Shown in pieces: positions 1-13,023 of a stretch of 64,000 nt of DNA. The notes beneath the pieces are model-generated. The model was not told the origin of the DNA and did no database searches. It was given only the letters and a program-made list of their open reading frames with translations. The position numbers were made by a program, and so were the translations under genes. This DNA comes from Lytechinus pictus. Taxonomy: Eukaryota. The stretch is taken from assembly GCF_037042905.1 (NCBI RefSeq), contig NC_087251.1:27964001-28028000 (forward strand), written 5' to 3'. Positions within the stretch are counted from its first letter, which is position 1. Each line of letters opens with the position of its first letter.

Positions 1-209
1 TAGAATATCCTGGTGACATAAATGTTTTGTTTTGCTTTATCCATGATCATTAGGCCTTCTTCACCCTTCATATGATGTACCATGAGGCCACAGCTTGCCA
101 TGTAGCGTGTGAGCTGGTTGAATTACTCTCAACAACAAATGCTGTCTTGAGAGTGGCCATTCAACAACAAGACTTGAAAGGTAAATTATATTGAGGATTG
201 GCCATGATT

Positions 210-410
210 GTAGTGATAATTGTAGCACTTCTAGTAATAACAGTGTTAGTAGTTGTAGTATTAGGAGCAGCAAATGTAGTTGTTGTAGTAGTAGCAGCAA
301 ATGTAGTTGTTGTAGTAGTAAATATTAGGACCGGTAGAAGTGGTAGAGATAGGAGTATTATTGTTATTTTGTTGTGAAGTAGTAATAATGAAGTTGATGA
401 TGCTGACAAT
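210..410. repeat. Degenerate (GTA/GTT)n simple repeat
   Basis: gtagttgttgtagtagta units, intronic. Confidence 0.7.
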
Positions 411-529
411 TGGGATGATGAAGATTATTTCAGCAGTTCAATTGAATTTTTTGTAATTCTTTTGCACTAACCATGCTATACCAGTAGAATGTAGATTCCT
501 ATTTCTCCCATTCTCTGTTGTTATTACAG

Positions 530-637
530 AAGTGAAGCAGTCACTACTTCAGTTTCCCGAGAGGATGGACTTTGCACACAAGCTTCTCACGTTACTCAAC
601 TCATACACCCCAGATAATGTCAGGGCTGAGTGTGTCG
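530..637 (+). CDS. USP34: USP34 exon (VKQSLLQFPERMDFAHKLLTLLNSYTPDNVRAECV)
   Basis: ttacag| ... |gtaagt. Confidence 0.9.
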
Positions 638-2616
638 GTAAGTCGGCTTCCAAGTCTGGTGTTTAACACTGGTGTGGCAGGCTGGTAAGATCATTGTAGA
701 GCAGAGTTTGTTAGGAAGTGAGACTTGTCAGGGGACCTACATGCAGTGTTTCAAAAGAAATCAAAGGAATCACAATGTATGGCATTCTGTGTTTCACTCT
801 TTCAATGTGATCATTTATCTAATGTAGGTCTACACTTGTAAAATTTCAACCATTACCCTATTCTTTTAATAAAACATTGATAATATGTAATGCATACTGA
901 CTTGTATTTCCATATTTTTATATTTTATGATCAAGCATTGAGTAAATGATAATTTTTCTGACTTCTGTGGGCAGCAGTGTTGTCATTACAGTGGTCAATG
1001 CCAGTCAGAATATTCCACTACTTAAAAATTCTAACCGGCACTCAGTGCAATATAACAACTGCCGCTTGGCACTGATTTCCCCACTTAAGTAAAAAAAAAA
1101 AATGTTAAATGGCAACCCTGATTGGCAGTACCTTCAAGATGTATATCTATATAGACAATAACTGTAGCATGTGTATCATATTTGCTCATGTTCCTCTCCT
1201 GTATTTGACTTTCAGGTGTCCTTCACAGCATGGTGACCTTGTACCCACATGACTTTGTTCAGAGGGTAGTACCACTGATGCACCATGCTCATCGCCAGTT
1301 CCAACAGCAGTCTAACATTTCAGGTCAGATATTCATGCTTTACTATCAAAATATGTAGTCCTGTTAGAAATCATCTCAATCTTGCTTTCTTAATATTACT
1401 CTACCCATTGTAAGAATAAATATCTCTCCAAATAAATCATTTCCAGCAAGAATATTTTATAATAGAATAACAAATTTGTGTTATTGATCAAAACAATGAT
1501 CAAAAGTGCATTATCACAGTGGACCTATGACACGCTTCTACTTTACTAGAATTATGATGCATTGAATTGAAAAAATCTAAATGTAAGAAAGCCTGGGGTA
1601 ATGGCAGATGAAATCAAGGTAAATTTTGCCCTATTGAAGTAGTCCTCTTCTTTTGGCTACAACAGGTATGTTTCTGAAGAATTAATATGCTGTGTACTTC
1701 AGTGTTGCCCTTTCTATCTAGTTTTCAATGGAATGCATGATTTATTCTGATTTTTCTCTCTTTATAATTTAGTTGTATCATCTGGGCCCTACTTTCCAAG
1801 AAGGATGCCCAAACCGCTCTTGAACAAGGCAACGTTGAGGGCGCCCCGTCCTGAGCTGCAGATGTTCCTTCATCCGAGTCAGCTGGAAACATCACATGTA
1901 AGATGTCAACCCTCCATATACCATTTATGATATACATTAATTATGAAGCTTTCTCACAACTTTCATCCACTCCTGTGTTTTTTGTCAAGAACAGTGATTG
2001 TTAACTTAATTTTCTCTAAATTGCTTTCAATAATTAACCCCCCCCCCCCCAAGTGACAATGGACACCTTGGGTACTGTATTCTATGATTCCAATAGGCTT
2101 TGTACATGTATTATCCTCTATCCATATTGACTCTTGAAATAGAGAATGATGTTAATGATAATAATAATAATAATAATAGTACTAATAATGATAATAATTA
2201 TAATCATAATGATAATATATTATTATACCTATTCACAAATGGTAATCACTTTCATTTTCCCTGCATAACATACAGGTTAATAATGCAGATATTAATAACC
2301 GTCTATATTGTAATGACTATACAGTGTACATATCCAATCCAGATATATTGAGGGAAAAATATTAAGATTTTGGATCAAGAGGTAAAAATGTTATGCTATT
2401 AAGTAACTTTAGACAAAAAAACACTTCCTTTTATGTTTCCTTGACAGGGAGCTGATCTGGAGTACGATAAGACACTACTAGATTTCTTTGGTCCTTATCA
2501 CAACCTTGTTGAGACGTTATGCTATGCAGCCATGCATAACAAGATGCTCACGGAGGAGATCATAGGGCTTAGTAAGTATGGTTTCTTATTGATGATGATG
2601 ATGATGATGATGATGT

Positions 2617-2672
<56 letters not shown>

Positions 2673-2901
2673 GTGATGGGGATGATGATAATGATAATGA
2701 TGATGATGATGATGATGGTGATGGGGATGATGATGATGATAATGATGATGGTGATGGTGATGGGGATGATGATGATGATAATGATGATGATGATAATGAT
2801 GATGGTGATGGGGATGATGATGATGATGGTGATGGGGATGATGATAATGATGATGATGGGGATGATGATAATGATGATGATGGGGATGATGATGATGATG
2901 G

Positions 2902-2992
<91 letters not shown>

Positions 2993-3134
2993 AATGATAA
3001 TGATAATGATAATGATAATGATAATGATAATGATAATGATAATGATAATGATAATGATAATGATAATGATAATGATAATGATAATGATGATGGTGATGGG
3101 GATGATGATGATGATGGTGATGGGGATGATGATA

Positions 3135-3167
<33 letters not shown>

Positions 3168-6100
3168 GGGATAATGATGGTGATGGGGTTGATGATGATG
3201 ATGATGATGGTGGTGATGGGGATAATGATGATGATGATGGGGATGATGATGATGAAAAGCATTTGTATAGCACCATTTATCTGTAACTACCGAGGGTTTG
3301 GCGAAGAAGAAGAGTAGTTGGTTTCATGGTACACCATGCATCTTTTGTGGGCAATTGGTCCTGTAAAGGGCCACCCAAACTCAATGTTTTGACAAGTGTG
3401 TACTTGTCGTCTTCAGGAGAATGGGCAAAGTTTGTAAAAGCCATTTATCTGTGAATAACATTCAAAGGTGCTGAATCCCACAATATTTCGCATATTATTC
3501 ACACAGTCACTGGAAAAGTTAGGTCTTTATTTATGATTTGAAGGTCTAAGATTTTGAACAATTATGAAGTTGAAGCACTCTGTTTTCAATTAGAGATTTG
3601 TGTGTCGAATCTTAGTCATGACTTCGATGAAGGCAATAAAACATTGCTTGTCTAAAAATTCATGTATGAATTTACCGTGGGATTATGCACTTTTTTGTAT
3701 CTCCTGATTTGAGGGAGTGAAATAAATAGTTCATCTTTAAATGCTTGTGGTCTGAATAAATGCTGGACTAAAGCAAGGGTAGCAATGACAATTACCCCCT
3801 CAAACACTTTGCAGATTGGGAAATAAATTCCATTATCATCATCATCACCACCATCATTATCATCATAATCATCATTATTATTATCATCATCATCACCATC
3901 ATCAGCAGCAACATAATTACTGGTATATTCTTTGTTCTGTTTCAGGTGTACTGGTAGCATATGAAGGTATCCCACTGCAGCTGGACTGGTTTGCCAAATT
4001 TTGGAAGACCATCTATCATACACAGGTAGGTAATTTTCACCAAGCTCCATGCCTGGGTTTTTCTTTACAACATATCAAAAGGGAAGTTCTATCTGATATC
4101 AAGATGGGCTTTAAAAAAGGTAAAAAATAATAGATAAACGTTATAATAATAATGATAAAGGTATATTTACCCAGGGAAGCCACTTCAGTTCTGAAAACTG
4201 TTCTCCCAACAGGCCCTGCTATTATTATTACCCTGGCTTTAGCTGGGCTGCCTAGGCGCTCAAGCATTCAAGGAATTTCTTCCTACCGGATAACCATTCA
4301 CCTCACCTGGGTTGAGTGCAGCAACAATGTGGATAAATTTCTTGCTGAAGGAAATTACGCCATGGCTGGGATTTGAACCCACAACCCTCCGTTTCAAAGT
4401 CAGAAGACTAATCCACTGGGCCACAACGCTCTTGTTAGTGAAGGCTTATTTAATATATTTCAAGGGATAACAGTTCTCTGAAGTTCAAATTCTGTTATAT
4501 AATCATCACAACATAAACAGTGTAGCCATGAGACAGAAATTAATGATTTGTGTGCAAATGTTTATTTTCATTCCTGTATTATTCTGTATATTTTTCATGT
4601 TTTGCCTGGCATCAAGAGACTGAGTTGAATTTGTTAAAAGAAGATGAAAAAAATAACATTATATTCCTATGCTGTATGTTTGTGTTACAGGGTAGCGAGA
4701 GGGACTCTATTCAGCTGCTATGTAGCTTACAGTCCTTCCATGACTATGTAGAGAGTGTACTCCTAGATGAACGAACATTCCTCAACAATGTACATGTCAC
4801 TTCATTTTTCTGTATATTCTTCCCCAGGGTAAGTAAAATGTCAGAGATATATAAATGAAGGAAAAATTTAGTAATATCCTTTACATTTTTAGAAGTAGTA
4901 GTGGTAGAAGTGTTGTTAGTAGTAGTAGTACTAGTAGTATTAGTAGTGGTAGTGGTAGTGGTGGTGGTGGTGGTGGTGGTGGTAGTAGTTGTAGTGGTGG
5001 TGGTGGTAGTAGTAGTAGTGGTGGTGGTGGTGGTAGTCGTAGTAGTAGTAGAAGTAGGAGGAGGAGTAGAAGTAGTAGTAGAATGAGGTGGAGAAATAAA
5101 TAACATTGAGTAATTCAAAATATATTTTGTTTTTACGAACTACAATCATATCTCACTCGAAATCATCTTTGAAAAATATTTATACTGGAATGTTTCTGTG
5201 TTATTAATGTATGCATGTTATATGTCAATTGGTTGTTTTCAAGTTGAAAAATAAAGAGATGCTGAATCAAGATTGATTCAGTGTACCTTTTATCAAATTT
5301 TCTCATTCCTCATGGATTCTCTTGAGTTTTTAATTTCTACACTTTTAGAGTTTAAATCATTTATTCGTCCTTAAACATGACTGCAAAACAATGAGATCTA
5401 TGTGGAGTCCAGAGAGAGAGACTTAAATTAACATGTTAAAACTAAATCATTCTGCTTGTTACTATGTCAGGTGTATCAACATATTCTGTGCAATAACTGG
5501 GACACGGTGGTCAAGACTATATGCAACAATGTGTTAGCAGAACAAGAAGATATAGCTGGTTATGACAGACATCAGCTAGCCATCGCAGCTTACAAGCTCA
5601 ATGGGGTAAGAATTTTAGAGATTACTTATTTGATTGATGTCTATTCAGAGATTTCACCATTGCCACTTGAGTGAACATCATAATGCTGTCATAATGTCAT
5701 GTATTAGTGTTTGGTCACAATGATACGTACATATATGGTGCAAGACAATTGTATTGATTATATTTTTCCCTCTATATGTTCTAGGAAATGAAAAAATGCT
5801 AAAACTTCATGTTTTATACCCCTTGCATGTTAATGTTGCATAATTGTGCATTCATATCCAGTAACAGGTGCTTTACATTATCCAGAGTGGAATCTGATTT
5901 TTTATGACATATAATATTTGTTTTGTAATGGACTGTATATTCCACCGATCGCCTCGTATGGTTTTGTCAGTATCTCGTCTTCGTTACAATGCTGGTAGTA
6001 GACCAAGGAATGTCTGGTGGGACTGCTTATTTAGGTATATTACAGCATTTCCAATGTTTTCTTGGTTATTGCAAGAATTGCAAGTCAAAGTTAGTTCCAA

Positions 6101-7701
6101 AAATCAATCATAAGATTTGTAATTGATTGCTGGGGAGCGTTTCATCAACATTTTTGTCCGACAAGTTACCAGATCTGACACTCTTCTTTGAAGTTGATTG
6201 GCTGAGAGGCACTGTTACTATGGTAACAGATAAAACAGGACTCGTCGGATAAAACATTTGACAAGTCCTTTCATGAAATGCCCCCCAGGTCTGCTTCTTG
6301 CATCAGAAAGTTTAAATTAATCTGCTGTTCATTAATCAATTGTAAATTTGCAGTTGATTGCGAATATTTTCTTGCATTACCCTTTTAGTGTAGCGTTAGC
6401 AAATTATAATCCACTTCCAGTACAAGCCCAAAACAGATTGCCTATAATTTAATTTACGTAAGGCTAATGTATGTGGGTTTGGGGCAATATTTTCTCCTTG
6501 AGTATATATAAGTTATTTAATGGCTTGATGGTAATTTTGCTGTTGCTCTCTTTTGTATGTTCCTGCAGGACTTGAGAGCTCTCCTGCAGATGTTCTCTGT
6601 GGTACTTCCTGTGCAGCACAACCCAGCCCTATTACCCTCCCTCAAGCACATTCTTGAAGTTTGTAAGAGACATCAACCCACCCCAACTCTTAAGCAGACA
6701 CGTCCTCTTGTCAAGAAACACAGGTCGTCCTCCTCCACGTCGTCATCCTCATCGTCTTCGAGCTCGTCATCGGATGAGTTTGAAGTGGAGGAGCCATCGC
6801 CAAAGGGTGAGAGCTCTGAGGCGGGGATGGCCAAGGAGAACTCTTGTGGAGAAGATGAGAAATCGTCCAAGAGGAAGGGAAGTAATGATGGAAAGAAGGA
6901 GATTAGAGCGGAAGAAGAGAAAGAGAAGAAAGATGCCAAACAAACCCAGAGTACTTCAGGTAATTCATTCATTCATTTCAAGAGATATTTCAGTGTTAAT
7001 GCTGCTCCAAGGTGCGGAAGTTAAACACACTGAATCAAGGATGTCACTTTCATATGATGTAGGAATTTCTTCTTTCCAACATATTTTGGAATTTTTTGCG
7101 TACAAAAGGGACCATATATATTGTTACCTTTGTCATTCATCATTATTCTAAAATATTAACAGTCAATTCTGTATGTTTCCTAGATGACAGTATACCAAGC
7201 AAGAGGCGGCGTCTCAGCCAAGACTTGAAACATCCACCAAAGGACCAAAAAGGAGACTTAAAAACCTTGAAACCAGGAGTTCTTAAAGTTCCAAAGAAGG
7301 AAAGTGACATCAAAGACTCGGACAATACCGAGAGCAGGAAAGCCCCAGTGGTCAAGGACGTTAAAAATAGCAAAAAGAGAACTGCAAGTGAATCGCTTGA
7401 CCAGAAAGTTGAGGAAGATGGGGAGGATGACGCTAAAGTACCGCAATCACCCGATATGCCATCAGCAAGTCCTCAACCTCCATTGCTGTCACCGCGATCA
7501 CCCACAGAGGCTCCAGGACAGAGTTCTTCAGCTGCTTCACCCACGGGTCAAAGCGCTGGCCCATCGACGCCTCCAGAGGTTGGAGAACCAAGACTAGTAG
7601 GACCTAAATCAAGGAAACAGGATCCTGTTGGTACTTTCATCAAGAGTTTAGAAATGCTTATTAATTTTCTCAAAGATCGCAATGCCAGTTCACCGACTTG
7701 A
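530..7701 (+). CDS. USP34: Ubiquitin carboxyl-terminal hydrolase 34, C-terminal 9 coding exons (5' part of gene lies upstream of window)
   Basis: Exons 530-637, 1216-1323, 1773-1897, 2448-2571, 3946-4025, 4691-4828, 5471-5605, 6569-6959, 7184-7701(TGA). All are GT-AG with consistent phases (1,1,0,1,0,0,0,1). Joined peptide FAHKLLTLLNSYTP..PHDF..GPYFP..RAPRPELQM..YDKTLLDFF..SVLVAYEGIPL..LLDERTFLNN..LNGDLRAL..NPALLPSL..PSKRRRLS matches the recalled human USP34 C-terminus (HKLLTLLNSYSP, GPYFP, RPPRPEL, VLVAYEGLPL, DERTFLNN, NGDLRAL, KRRRVS). Confidence 0.95.
1216..1323 (+). CDS. USP34: USP34 exon (VLHSMVTLYPHDFVQRVVPLMHH...)
   Basis: tttcag| ... |gtcaga; phase 1-1. Confidence 0.9.
1773..1897 (+). 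CDS. USP34: USP34 exon (SSGPYFPRRMPK...RAPRPELQMFLHPSQLETSH)
   Basis: atttag| ... |gtaaga. Confidence 0.9.
2144..2220. repeat. (AAT)n microsatellite
   Basis: aataataataat with gat interruptions. Confidence 0.85.
2448..2571 (+). CDS. USP34: USP34 exon (GADLEYDKTLLDFFGPYHNL...EEIIGL)
   Basis: tgacag| ... |gtaagt. Confidence 0.9.
2591..3254. repeat. Compound (GAT)n/(GATAAT)n microsatellite with GGTGATGGG interruptions
   Basis: About 660 bp read directly. Confidence 0.97.
3832..3905. repeat. (ATC/CAT)n microsatellite near USP34 acceptor
   Basis: cattatcatcatcatcaccaccatcat... Confidence 0.9.
3946..4025 (+). CDS. USP34: USP34 exon (VLVAYEGIPLQLDWFAKFWKTIYHTQ)
   Basis: tttcag| ... |gtaggt. Confidence 0.92.
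4141..4431 (-). mobile_element. tRNA-derived SINE
   Basis: Minus strand begins GAGCGTTGTGGCCCAGTGG (A box) ... GGTTCAAATCC (B box); body contains ACCCAGGTGAGGTGAATGG; (TAT)n tail. Confidence 0.85.
4691..4828 (+). CDS. USP34: USP34 exon (GSERDSIQLLC...LDERTFLNNVHV...FFPR)
   Basis: ttacag| ... |gtaagt. Confidence 0.92.
4893..5082. repeat. (GTA)n/(GTG)n compound microsatellite
   Basis: Read directly. Confidence 0.93.
5471..5605 (+). CDS. USP34: USP34 exon (VYQHILCNNWD...AAYKLNG)
   Basis: tgtcag| ... |gtaaga. Confidence 0.88.
6132..6285. mobile_element. Short Harbinger-like MITE
   Basis: Imperfect TIRs GGGGAGCGTTTCAT / ATGAAATGCCCCC; CWG-type flanks. Confidence 0.6.
6569..6959 (+). CDS. USP34: USP34 exon (DLRALLQMFSVV...poly-Ser, charged region)
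   Basis: ctgcag| ... |gtaatt. Confidence 0.9.
7184..7701 (+). CDS. USP34: USP34 terminal coding exon (DSIPSKRRRLS...NASSPT*)
   Basis: tcctag| acceptor, phase 1; TGA at 7699-7701. Confidence 0.88.
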
Positions 7702-9071
7702 GGTCTGTCAGGTGATGTCGGAGGTTCAGTTTTACAGTTTGCCTTGACCCGTAGGGCAATCAGGTGATGTGTCCTATGAAATTGGTATATACTATCATGA
7801 TTGGCCTACCTGGTAATCCGATGTATCTCTTTCCATGGAAAGATCAACCTTTTGTTTAACAATTCCATGTACTATGGCAATGGAGAAGACTTGTGAGCAA
7901 TCACTGCCTTCTAGATGTGAAGTCGCTCTGTATTACAGTCCAGTAGACAAAAATGAGGGGAGACTGGTCGTTTTTAACTAGCCATTTTAAAAAGATGCAC
8001 ATGATTTATTATAGAGTCCTGTGTATGATTTTTTTTTAAACTAATATTTTTGTTGTGTCAGAAGAATTGTAAGTTTTTTTTATTGTTGTGAGAGAATGGT
8101 TTTTGATCCCCGTGCTGAACATGCAAAGCTGGCATCACAAAGAATAGGTCAGACTGGATGATCATACATGAAGATTAAGAAAATATCCAAACATGTTCAA
8201 TTGGCCGTAAGTGGTGTGTGATTACTTGCCCAAGAGTTATGCAGAAGTTAATTGCAGACTATTCTGAGTTCAGAGTACTCTGATTATTTATCGACATCTC
8301 TTTTTTCCGATCACACAGATTGCCTTTGTTGCGGAGAAAGATACATAAATCAAGGAAGCCCGAATATTTTCTGGACGGTAAATAGTTCTTACTTCATATG
8401 AAAGAAATTATTCTCTAATGGAAGTACATTCCATTTTTTTCCCCTCTTAGATAAGGATTACAGGACGCATCTTTGAATTCTTTATTTATGACACGAGATG
8501 AAGTCGTAAATTCCGATTTGGGTTAGACGCAGTGGCAAGTTATTTTATTCAATACGTTGGTGTAGTTTATTTTTATGTCCTTGTATAGATAGAAAATGAC
8601 AAATCCCATATAAGTGTCATTTAGGGGAGTGCTTCAAGAAAAGTTTGTTAGCGATTTTTATGAGCTACTGTAAATCCTAGCGTATGATTGGCCGGAAGCA
8701 AATAAGTCAGCTGGTGAAAGTGTAGTCTTCGTAATGGTAAAAATTGCATTTGTGTCAGAGGAGACGTGTCAAAAGGCTACAGATATCCTTGAAAATTTAG
8801 CAACCAATTCATCGGTGTAACTTGTATTTATTTTCAGGTCTGTAGTGTGTTGTTGATATGACTGGTATGAGTAAGTTACATATTCATTGTAGCCTTCCCA
8901 GGGTAACAAAAAAGGCTGCCTATCTGAAAATATCCACATAATGTAGACAAGGTTTTTTCAGAATGTATAATCAAAGTGCATTTTGCCTTCAAATTGTTTC
9001 ATAAAACTGTTGATTCTGATATGTTAAATTGCCTAATGAATTCTGATCATAGTATTTGATTCTATTTTCTA

Positions 9072-10059
9072 TTTTTTGTCTCACCTGCATAGCAGAGTGA
9101 GACTATAGGCGCCGCTTTTCCGACGGCAACGTCAACACCAAATCTTAACCGAAGGTTAAGTTTTTGAAGCATAACTGAGAAAACATATGGACCTAGTTCA
9201 TGAAACTTGGCCATAAGGTTAATCAAGTATTACTGAACATCCTGCTTGAGCTTCAGGTCACATGACCAAGGTCAAAGGTCATTTAGGGTCAATAAACTTT
9301 GGCCAAATTGAGGGTATCTGTTGAATTACTATCATAACTTTGAAAGTTTATGGATCTGATTCATGAAACTTGGACATAAGAGTAATCAAGTATCACTGAA
9401 CATTCTGTGCGAGTTTCAGGTCACATGATCAAGATCAAAGGTCATTTAAGGTCAATGAACTTTGGCCAAATTGGGGGTATTTGTTGAATTACCATCATAA
9501 CTTTGAAAGTTTATTGGTCTAGTTCATACAACTTAGACATAAGATTAATCAAGTATCATTAAACATCCTGTGCGAATTTCAGGTCACATGACAAAGGTTA
9601 ATGAACTTTGTCCATTTTTGGGGGTATCTGTTGAATTACCATCATAACTTTGAAAGTTTATGGAACTGATTCATGAAACTTGGATATAAGAGTAATCAAG
9701 TATCATTGAACATCTCTTGCGATTTTCAGTTCACATGACCAAAGTCAAAGGTCTTTTAAGGTCATTGAACTTTGGCCATTTTGAAGGTTATTATTAGATT
9801 GCTGTCATAACTTTCAAAGTTTATAGATATTGTTTATGAAATGTGGATATAGGGGTAATCAAGTATCACTGACAAGTCTTGGGTCGCATGATCAAGGTCC
9901 AATGTCATTTATTGTCAATGAACGTAGTACTGTATCATTATATGAATGGTGTTTTTTGTGAAAAATTATTTTATAAATTTAGTAGTTTTCAAAGTCAGCA
10001 CTGCTGCTATATTGAATCGCGTGATGCAGGTGAGACTGCCAGAGGCGCTCCACTTGTTT
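9072..10059 (+). mobile_element. Helentron-associated / DINE-1-like (Tsp/pearl-type) non-autonomous element, family A
   Basis: T-rich ends; subterminal IRs GTCTCACCTGCAT / ATGCAGGTGAGAC; 5' mini-hairpin GTCTCAC..GTGAGAC; about 6 internal ~120-bp tandem units (GAAACTTGGACATAAG..GGTCAAAGGTCA); same family at 38483-40246. Confidence 0.8.
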
Positions 10060-11890
10060 GTTGGGGGTGACACATGTTACATAATGACTATCCATGTGAC
10101 TAACATACATTTTGAATTATCATGAGATATCTATTTGGTTTTCATTATGTTCATAAATCAACTAGAAAGTTTTGAACTAATGTTTATGTCCAAAAAGGGG
10201 CAATTAGTAAAATGTCAGAAGACCTCTTGAAACAAGTCTTTATGGTGAAAACGGTTGTTTTTCACAATGTTTGTTCACTGGAAGGTTAAAAGCTACTGAA
10301 AATGTGCCATTCTATTGGCTGAATGCATTTCAAATTTTATGAAAACTGGCCCTTATCATCTCTGCCGCTTTCTAGCCCCTTTATCGTTAAAATTTAGTAT
10401 TAATATGTATTAAAAAATCACAGAACTGTACTACTGATATGTATTTAATACTCCTGAAGTTTGTTAAGAAACTGATAGGAAAGTCTTTGTAGATGTAACT
10501 GTAATGTTATACCTTGAATATGGCATGTTGATATCACATAATATTTAAATTGTTTTGTTCTTTGTGCCAAGAAATGCTAATGTAGTGAGCATGTAAAATT
10601 AATCTTGATGTTGGAATATCTTGCAATTCCGTAAATAATCAAATCCTGGTGCTAACTTATGTTCTGTTCATCTCACCCCTCTCCTCTTTAAAGATTAATT
10701 TCACTTTTAGTAATGGTAATGCTAGATGTAGAGTCCACTACTGCTAATGTGATCTCATATTTTTTTATTATTTTAATTAGATTTGTTTTATCATTTAAAG
10801 GATTAAAAAAGTACAATTTTCTTTCTTTCCGTCCATATCGTTATGAAAAGGCCACAAACTACAGGAAAGAAGGCTGTTTGCGTGTTAAGCATTTCTGCCT
10901 ACATTTCAAATTTCCACTTTTCAAATTTCTCGAGGTCAAATATTGATCGATCAGTGAAAAAAACTTGTAGCCTTAGCTCAGAAGATATTATTTATGCTGA
11001 ATGAATAATAATTTTTTTTATTTCTTGATGATTATGTTGATATATTGGTAAGTTGGCATCTGTATGTTTATGTGCCTTAAAATGTTTTGAAAGAAAAGAG
11101 TGAAGTCAATGTATTGTAAAATGTTTTCTTGGGATGATAAAGTGATGTACACTTGGTCTGTTCTGCATCATGTGAAACGTCTATGCATTATATGAACCGT
11201 AAAATATTAATTATAATGATTAATTATTTGTGAAGAGCAGAATAGGAAAGCGTCAAGTGGATATAAAGTGACTAAAATGTTTCAAGTTATGTTCAGCAAT
11301 TGACTTAAGCGATTCTTTTCAAAGCTTTTTAGTGCTTCCAGCCATCTGCATTGTTTAGAACCAATTTTGAATTACAAAACGTCCATATCTTACTCAACTC
11401 TGAATCAGCTTCTCTGGGTTTAGGTGGAGGCAGGTTCTTTGCATTTCACTTCAACTAGAAATGGATCAAGTCTTCAGTTTTCCTTGTAGTCAACCTGGTC
11501 TCAAATGTAAGAATTTTTAATGAATAAGTAGAATAGATGTTGGTGGAGTCTTGGATTTAAGATATTTTATCACTATTGCTAAGCATGGTTGGGAACACTA
11601 TAATCATTCTTACATGAGACAATACACTTTGCAAAAATTTTGATTTCTCTAATCATTCCCAAATATGAAAGGCCAACTTCATTTTCATCTGATAGGCTTT
11701 AATGCTGCTTTTGTTTTTTTCATTTTTCTCCTTCACAATATTAATTTGTTAGTTTTCATCATAATTTGTTAGTTTGCATCATAATTATAAAGAGGTTACT
11801 TTGATAATATGCTTTCTATTTATACAATACATACCAGGCATTGCTGGCTTTCCATAGTTTACATTAATTCCATCAATTGCAACTCTTTGT

Positions 11891-12047
11891 GGCCCGTTTC
11901 ATAAAAGACTTTCAACTGTTGTAACTTTGCCATTATGGCAACTACCATGGTAACATGGCTCATCAGCCTATCAGAATCAAGGTTACCATTGTAGTTGCTA
12001 TAATGGCATAGTTACAACAGTTGCAAGTCCTTTATGAAACAGGCCCC
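11891..12047. mobile_element. Palindromic Harbinger-like MITE
   Basis: GGCCCGTTTCATAAAAGACTTTCAACTGTTGTAACT ... AGTTACAACAGTTGCAAGTCCTTTATGAAACAGGCC. Confidence 0.75.
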
Positions 12048-13023
12048 ACTATAGATCTCTACTTAATGACTAGTTCAATATTAATTGACATATGGAAAGC
12101 CAATTTAGGTTCACATCAACTTTTATCCTTACACTTGCTATAGGATTATATCTCTGATTAACTTAAATGACAATGATGGGGGGAAAATAATCATCTATTA
12201 CAATTTCTCATGACATTTTCCAGATTCCTTTTCACTCATGATTCATGTCTTGAATTTAAGAAGTTGACTGAAATTCGTTGGTTTCCCCATTTTGTTTTCT
12301 CTTAAACAGCCATGTAGTTTTAGAAGTCTTATCTTGGAGTTAATTTTTAATTAATTTTTCCCCTATGAATTTTGTGTCATGATTTATAAGAAGTCTATGT
12401 TCTATAGGAAATTATAACAGGTCTTGCTACAACCTTTTCCCATTATTTTTTTAGAACATTCCAAGTAACAATCTAAGTTATCTTTTTAAGAAATTTTCAC
12501 CTCTTGTTAAAAGAATATCAAAATAGTTCATGAAATAGTGAATAATAAACTGCCATGTAATTGATTTATGATGTGCTAGATTTTCACCAAAGTTTGCATA
12601 CATGTATGAAAATTAACCAGAATTTGAATATTAGATCAAAAGCTTAGTTGTGTAAAAGTTAATTTCACGCAATAACTATTTGGCTGAACAATTTCTTAAA
12701 CATTTCTCATATATTGACATATATCGACCCATTATTTCTTAGCGTCGGTATGGCTTATATTAAGTCTTGTCCATTGTAAAAGGTTTAAAGCAGCCAAAAT
12801 GAATGTTGTGATATTTATGTTGTATTTTTCTGCCACTTAAACTTTCCTAGCTACTTTCGTTTAATGTGTATAAAAGGCCTCTATTATTGAATTATATGTC
12901 TTTGGTAATCATTATTAATTTCATGTGAAACAGTACATTGCTTTTCGTGATTTCAGTGCTATTACAGTGGAATTTTGATTGTTTTGTGCTGAGCCCAATA
13001 CTTTCCACCAAATATTATTAAAA

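Noticed and set aside
2522..3317. Long poly-Ile, poly-Met and poly-Ser ORFs
   Set aside because: Translations of the intronic (GAT)n microsatellite; the real exon ends at the donor at 2572.
4360..4431. tRNA gene on the minus strand
   Set aside because: It has A and B boxes but continues into a SINE body and tail, with a decayed second copy at 19.6-19.8 kb.
4744..5149. Poly-Thr, poly-Val and Gly/Ser ORFs
   Set aside because: Products of an intronic (GTA/GTG)n microsatellite.
6654..7597. Overlapping alternative-frame and antisense ORFs over the last USP34 exons
   Set aside because: Shadow ORFs of GC-richer coding sequence.
9180..9920. Regularly spaced repeats resembling a CRISPR array (also 38.5-40.2 kb and 58.1-59.0 kb)
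   Set aside because: The intervening sequences are themselves repeated, there are no cas genes, and the context is eukaryotic; these are internal tandem arrays of transposons.
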